Shown: positions 54,359-55,659 of the stretch, one piece after another
Layout of the letters: every line of letters starts with the position of its first letter
Numbering within the stretch: position 1 is the first letter of the stretch
Assembly (NCBI GenBank): GCA_045598785.1
Contig: JAZLMR010000087.1
Location: forward strand, 1-55,659
DNA: 55,659 nucleotides
Origin: Kiritimatiellia bacterium
Lineage (GTDB): Bacteria; Verrucomicrobiota; Kiritimatiellia; RFP12; UBA1067
Reading direction: 5' to 3'
Position numbers and translations under genes: made by a program
The notes under the pieces: generated by a model
Told to the model about the DNA's origin: nothing
Database searches by the model: none
Seen by the model: only the letters and a program-made list of their open reading frames with translations

Positions 54359-55018
54359 TTACTTCGCAGGCGCCTTTTCGGCTTCCTCTTCCTTGCCCTT
54401 CTTGATCACTTCCGGAGCCTTCTCCTCGGCCGCCGCACCCGGCTGCACCGCCGGCGCGTCATCCGGAGCCTTGACCACCGCCAACGCGAGTTCGCCGCGG
54501 GTCACGACCGTGAACTTGTCGCCGAGCTTGAGATCGCGAACGAAGAGCGTCTGGTCGAGACCGAGACCCGAAACGTCGACGTCGAACTTTTCGGGGATGT
54601 CCGTCGGCAGGCAGTCGATGTCGATCTTACGGAGCGCCTGCTGCAGCACGCCGCCGCCGATCTTCACGCCCACGGCTTCGCCGACGAGATACAGCGGCAC
54701 CGTAATGCGGACCTTTTCGGTCAGCGAGACTTCGCTGAAATCCACGTGAATGGGAGTACCCTTAAGGACGTCGTTCTGCATTTCACGCAGCAGCGCCGGG
54801 ACCTCGGTACCGTTAATATCGAGCGTAACCAGCACCTGCTTGCCAGTGTTGCCACGCATCGCCACCATAAAGGCGTGCTCCGGGAGCTTGATGAGCTCCG
54901 TGCCGCCCTTCTTCATCTTCATCACCGAGCCGGGAATCATCCCCGCGCGGCGCAAACGACGGACCGCGCCCGTACCCTGCTCGGTACGCGCTTCCGCCAT
55001 GAGCTTGATCTGTTCCAT
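54359..55018 (-). CDS. rplY: 50S ribosomal protein bL25 (Ctc-type, long form)
   Basis: RRLRRAGMIPG, PIHVDF, GEAVGVKIGG, DVDVSGL. Confidence 0.95.
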   Translation of the reverse strand: MEQIKLMAEARTEQGTGAVRRLRRAGMIPGSVMKMKKGGTELIKLPEHAFMVAMRGNTGKQVLVTLDINGTEVPALLREMQNDVLKGTPIHVDFSEVSLTEKVRITVPLYLVGEAVGVKIGGGVLQQALRKIDIDCLPTDIPEKFDVDVSGLGLDQTLFVRDLKLGDKFTVVTRGELALAVVKAPDDAPAVQPGAAAEEKAPEVIKKGKEEEAEKAPAK

Positions 55019-55092
55019 TTATTGCCTTTTCTGGTAATTTTCCGCAATACTCTCGCGCACTCGCGCTACACTCTTACGGCTAAAACAAAAAA

Positions 55093-55122
55093 AGTATATC
55101 AAAAAAGGTCACTTTCAGTCAA
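55093..55122 (-). promoter_or_regulatory. Promoter TTGACT-18 bp-TATACT (extended -10) for the rplY operon
   Basis: agtcaa at 55117-55122 and agtata at 55093-55098 on +. Confidence 0.7.
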
Positions 55123-55147
55123 CTACACCGCGACAATCGATACGGCC

Positions 55148-55204
55148 GACGCATTAAAATCGTCTAATCCCCCTTTACGGGGTCTCAGCCGATTTTAATG
55201 CGTC
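55148..55204. repeat. 15-bp perfect inverted repeat (GACGCATTAAAATCG ... CGATTTTAATGCGTC)
   Basis: Arms at 55148-55162 and 55190-55204. Confidence 0.85.
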
Positions 55205-55372
55205 AGAAGTGTTTCAGCAACCAGCAACCAACATTCAGCGTCCAATCCGAACGGTCGGACAGCCGAGCGAAGCGACGCAGCCGAAGGCCGCGCGTCATTC
55301 GCGATCCTGTTGGCCGTACAGGACACCCCAATCGTCCGCGCCCGATTATCTTGTTCTGCTTCGGCATCGAGC

Positions 55373-55659
55373 CTACGCTTCGATTGTCCTGCCCTGCCGA
55401 GCGTGTGCCGTCGCGGTGTTGATGCTCGCTCCAAACATCAGCATCAGTTCGCGCGACTCCGTACGCAATGCTTCGACCGCATTGCCAGGGACAAGCCGAG
55501 ATGCGAAGAGCAGCCATACCCGCGACTCCTTCAGCTCCTTCATCGCGATCTTGAGCTTGTGGACGAAGTCCGCCGGACTTTCGGCCTCCGTCGCCTCCGC
55601 GTAGTTGGCTGCGACGCTCGTCGCCGAGCGGAGCAGCTGGTCACCGATATGCCGACCCG
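55373..55659 (-). CDS. Four-helix-bundle protein (23S rRNA IVP-like family), 5' end outside window
   Basis: Not in the ORF track. Manual translation gives GRHIGDQLLRSATSVAANYAEATEAESPADFVHKLKIAMKELKESRVWL...RTIEA*. Confidence 0.9.
   Translation of the reverse strand, partial: GRHIGDQLLRSATSVAANYAEATEAESPADFVHKLKIAMKELKESRVWLLFASRLVPGNAVEALRTESRELMLMFGASINTATAHARQGRTIEA

Noticed and set aside
632-55198. Many long plus-strand ORFs (e.g. 632-2818, 8071-9912, 16766-19171, 29928-32390, 53486-55198)
   Set aside because: Antisense shadows of well-supported minus-strand genes in GC-rich DNA; Arg-rich, with no recognisable motifs.
1-55659. tRNA, rRNA or known riboswitch genes
   Set aside because: None recognisable by eye in the intergenic regions; an Infernal/Rfam and tRNAscan run would be needed to exclude them.

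Overview
A GC-rich bacterial chromosomal segment, almost entirely encoded on the minus strand. The gene style suggests a PVC-superphylum anaerobe, probably a gut or rumen Kiritimatiellota; this is inference. Housekeeping genes: rplY-rpsF-ssb-rpsR-rplI, pyrC-PNP-xerD, purA, ktrA-rsmE-tsaC/maf-thiN-arfB, ung, pyrH-frr, ispE, thrS-folK, a lone V-ATPase B subunit and fhs. The window also holds a partial Tad pilus locus (cpaB, FHA-cpaF, tadB), an ABC exporter, several secreted and often fused glycoside hydrolases, and one intact plus-strand gene fusing a MATE transporter to an NRPS-type condensation domain. The most unusual part is an accessory island at about 45.5-52.7 kb. It carries two divergent HUH (Y1/RAYT-like) transposase genes, each fused to a DprA/SLOG-like domain and each with a DNA hairpin inserted at the same point in its coding sequence. 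One has a REP-like family whose stems covary. Each is followed by the same 54-bp promoter+RBS cassette driving a gene of the HATPase-wHTH type. The island also has an HNH nuclease and in-frame deletion scars, including a helicase::methylase chimera. Other signals: repeated apparently leaderless promoters, a shared C-terminal G-x-V-x-F-L-[RK] motif on two secreted proteins, an ISKra4-like IS end at the left edge, and a four-helix-bundle gene with heptamer repeats at the right edge. All family calls come from motif recognition by eye; no searches were run.
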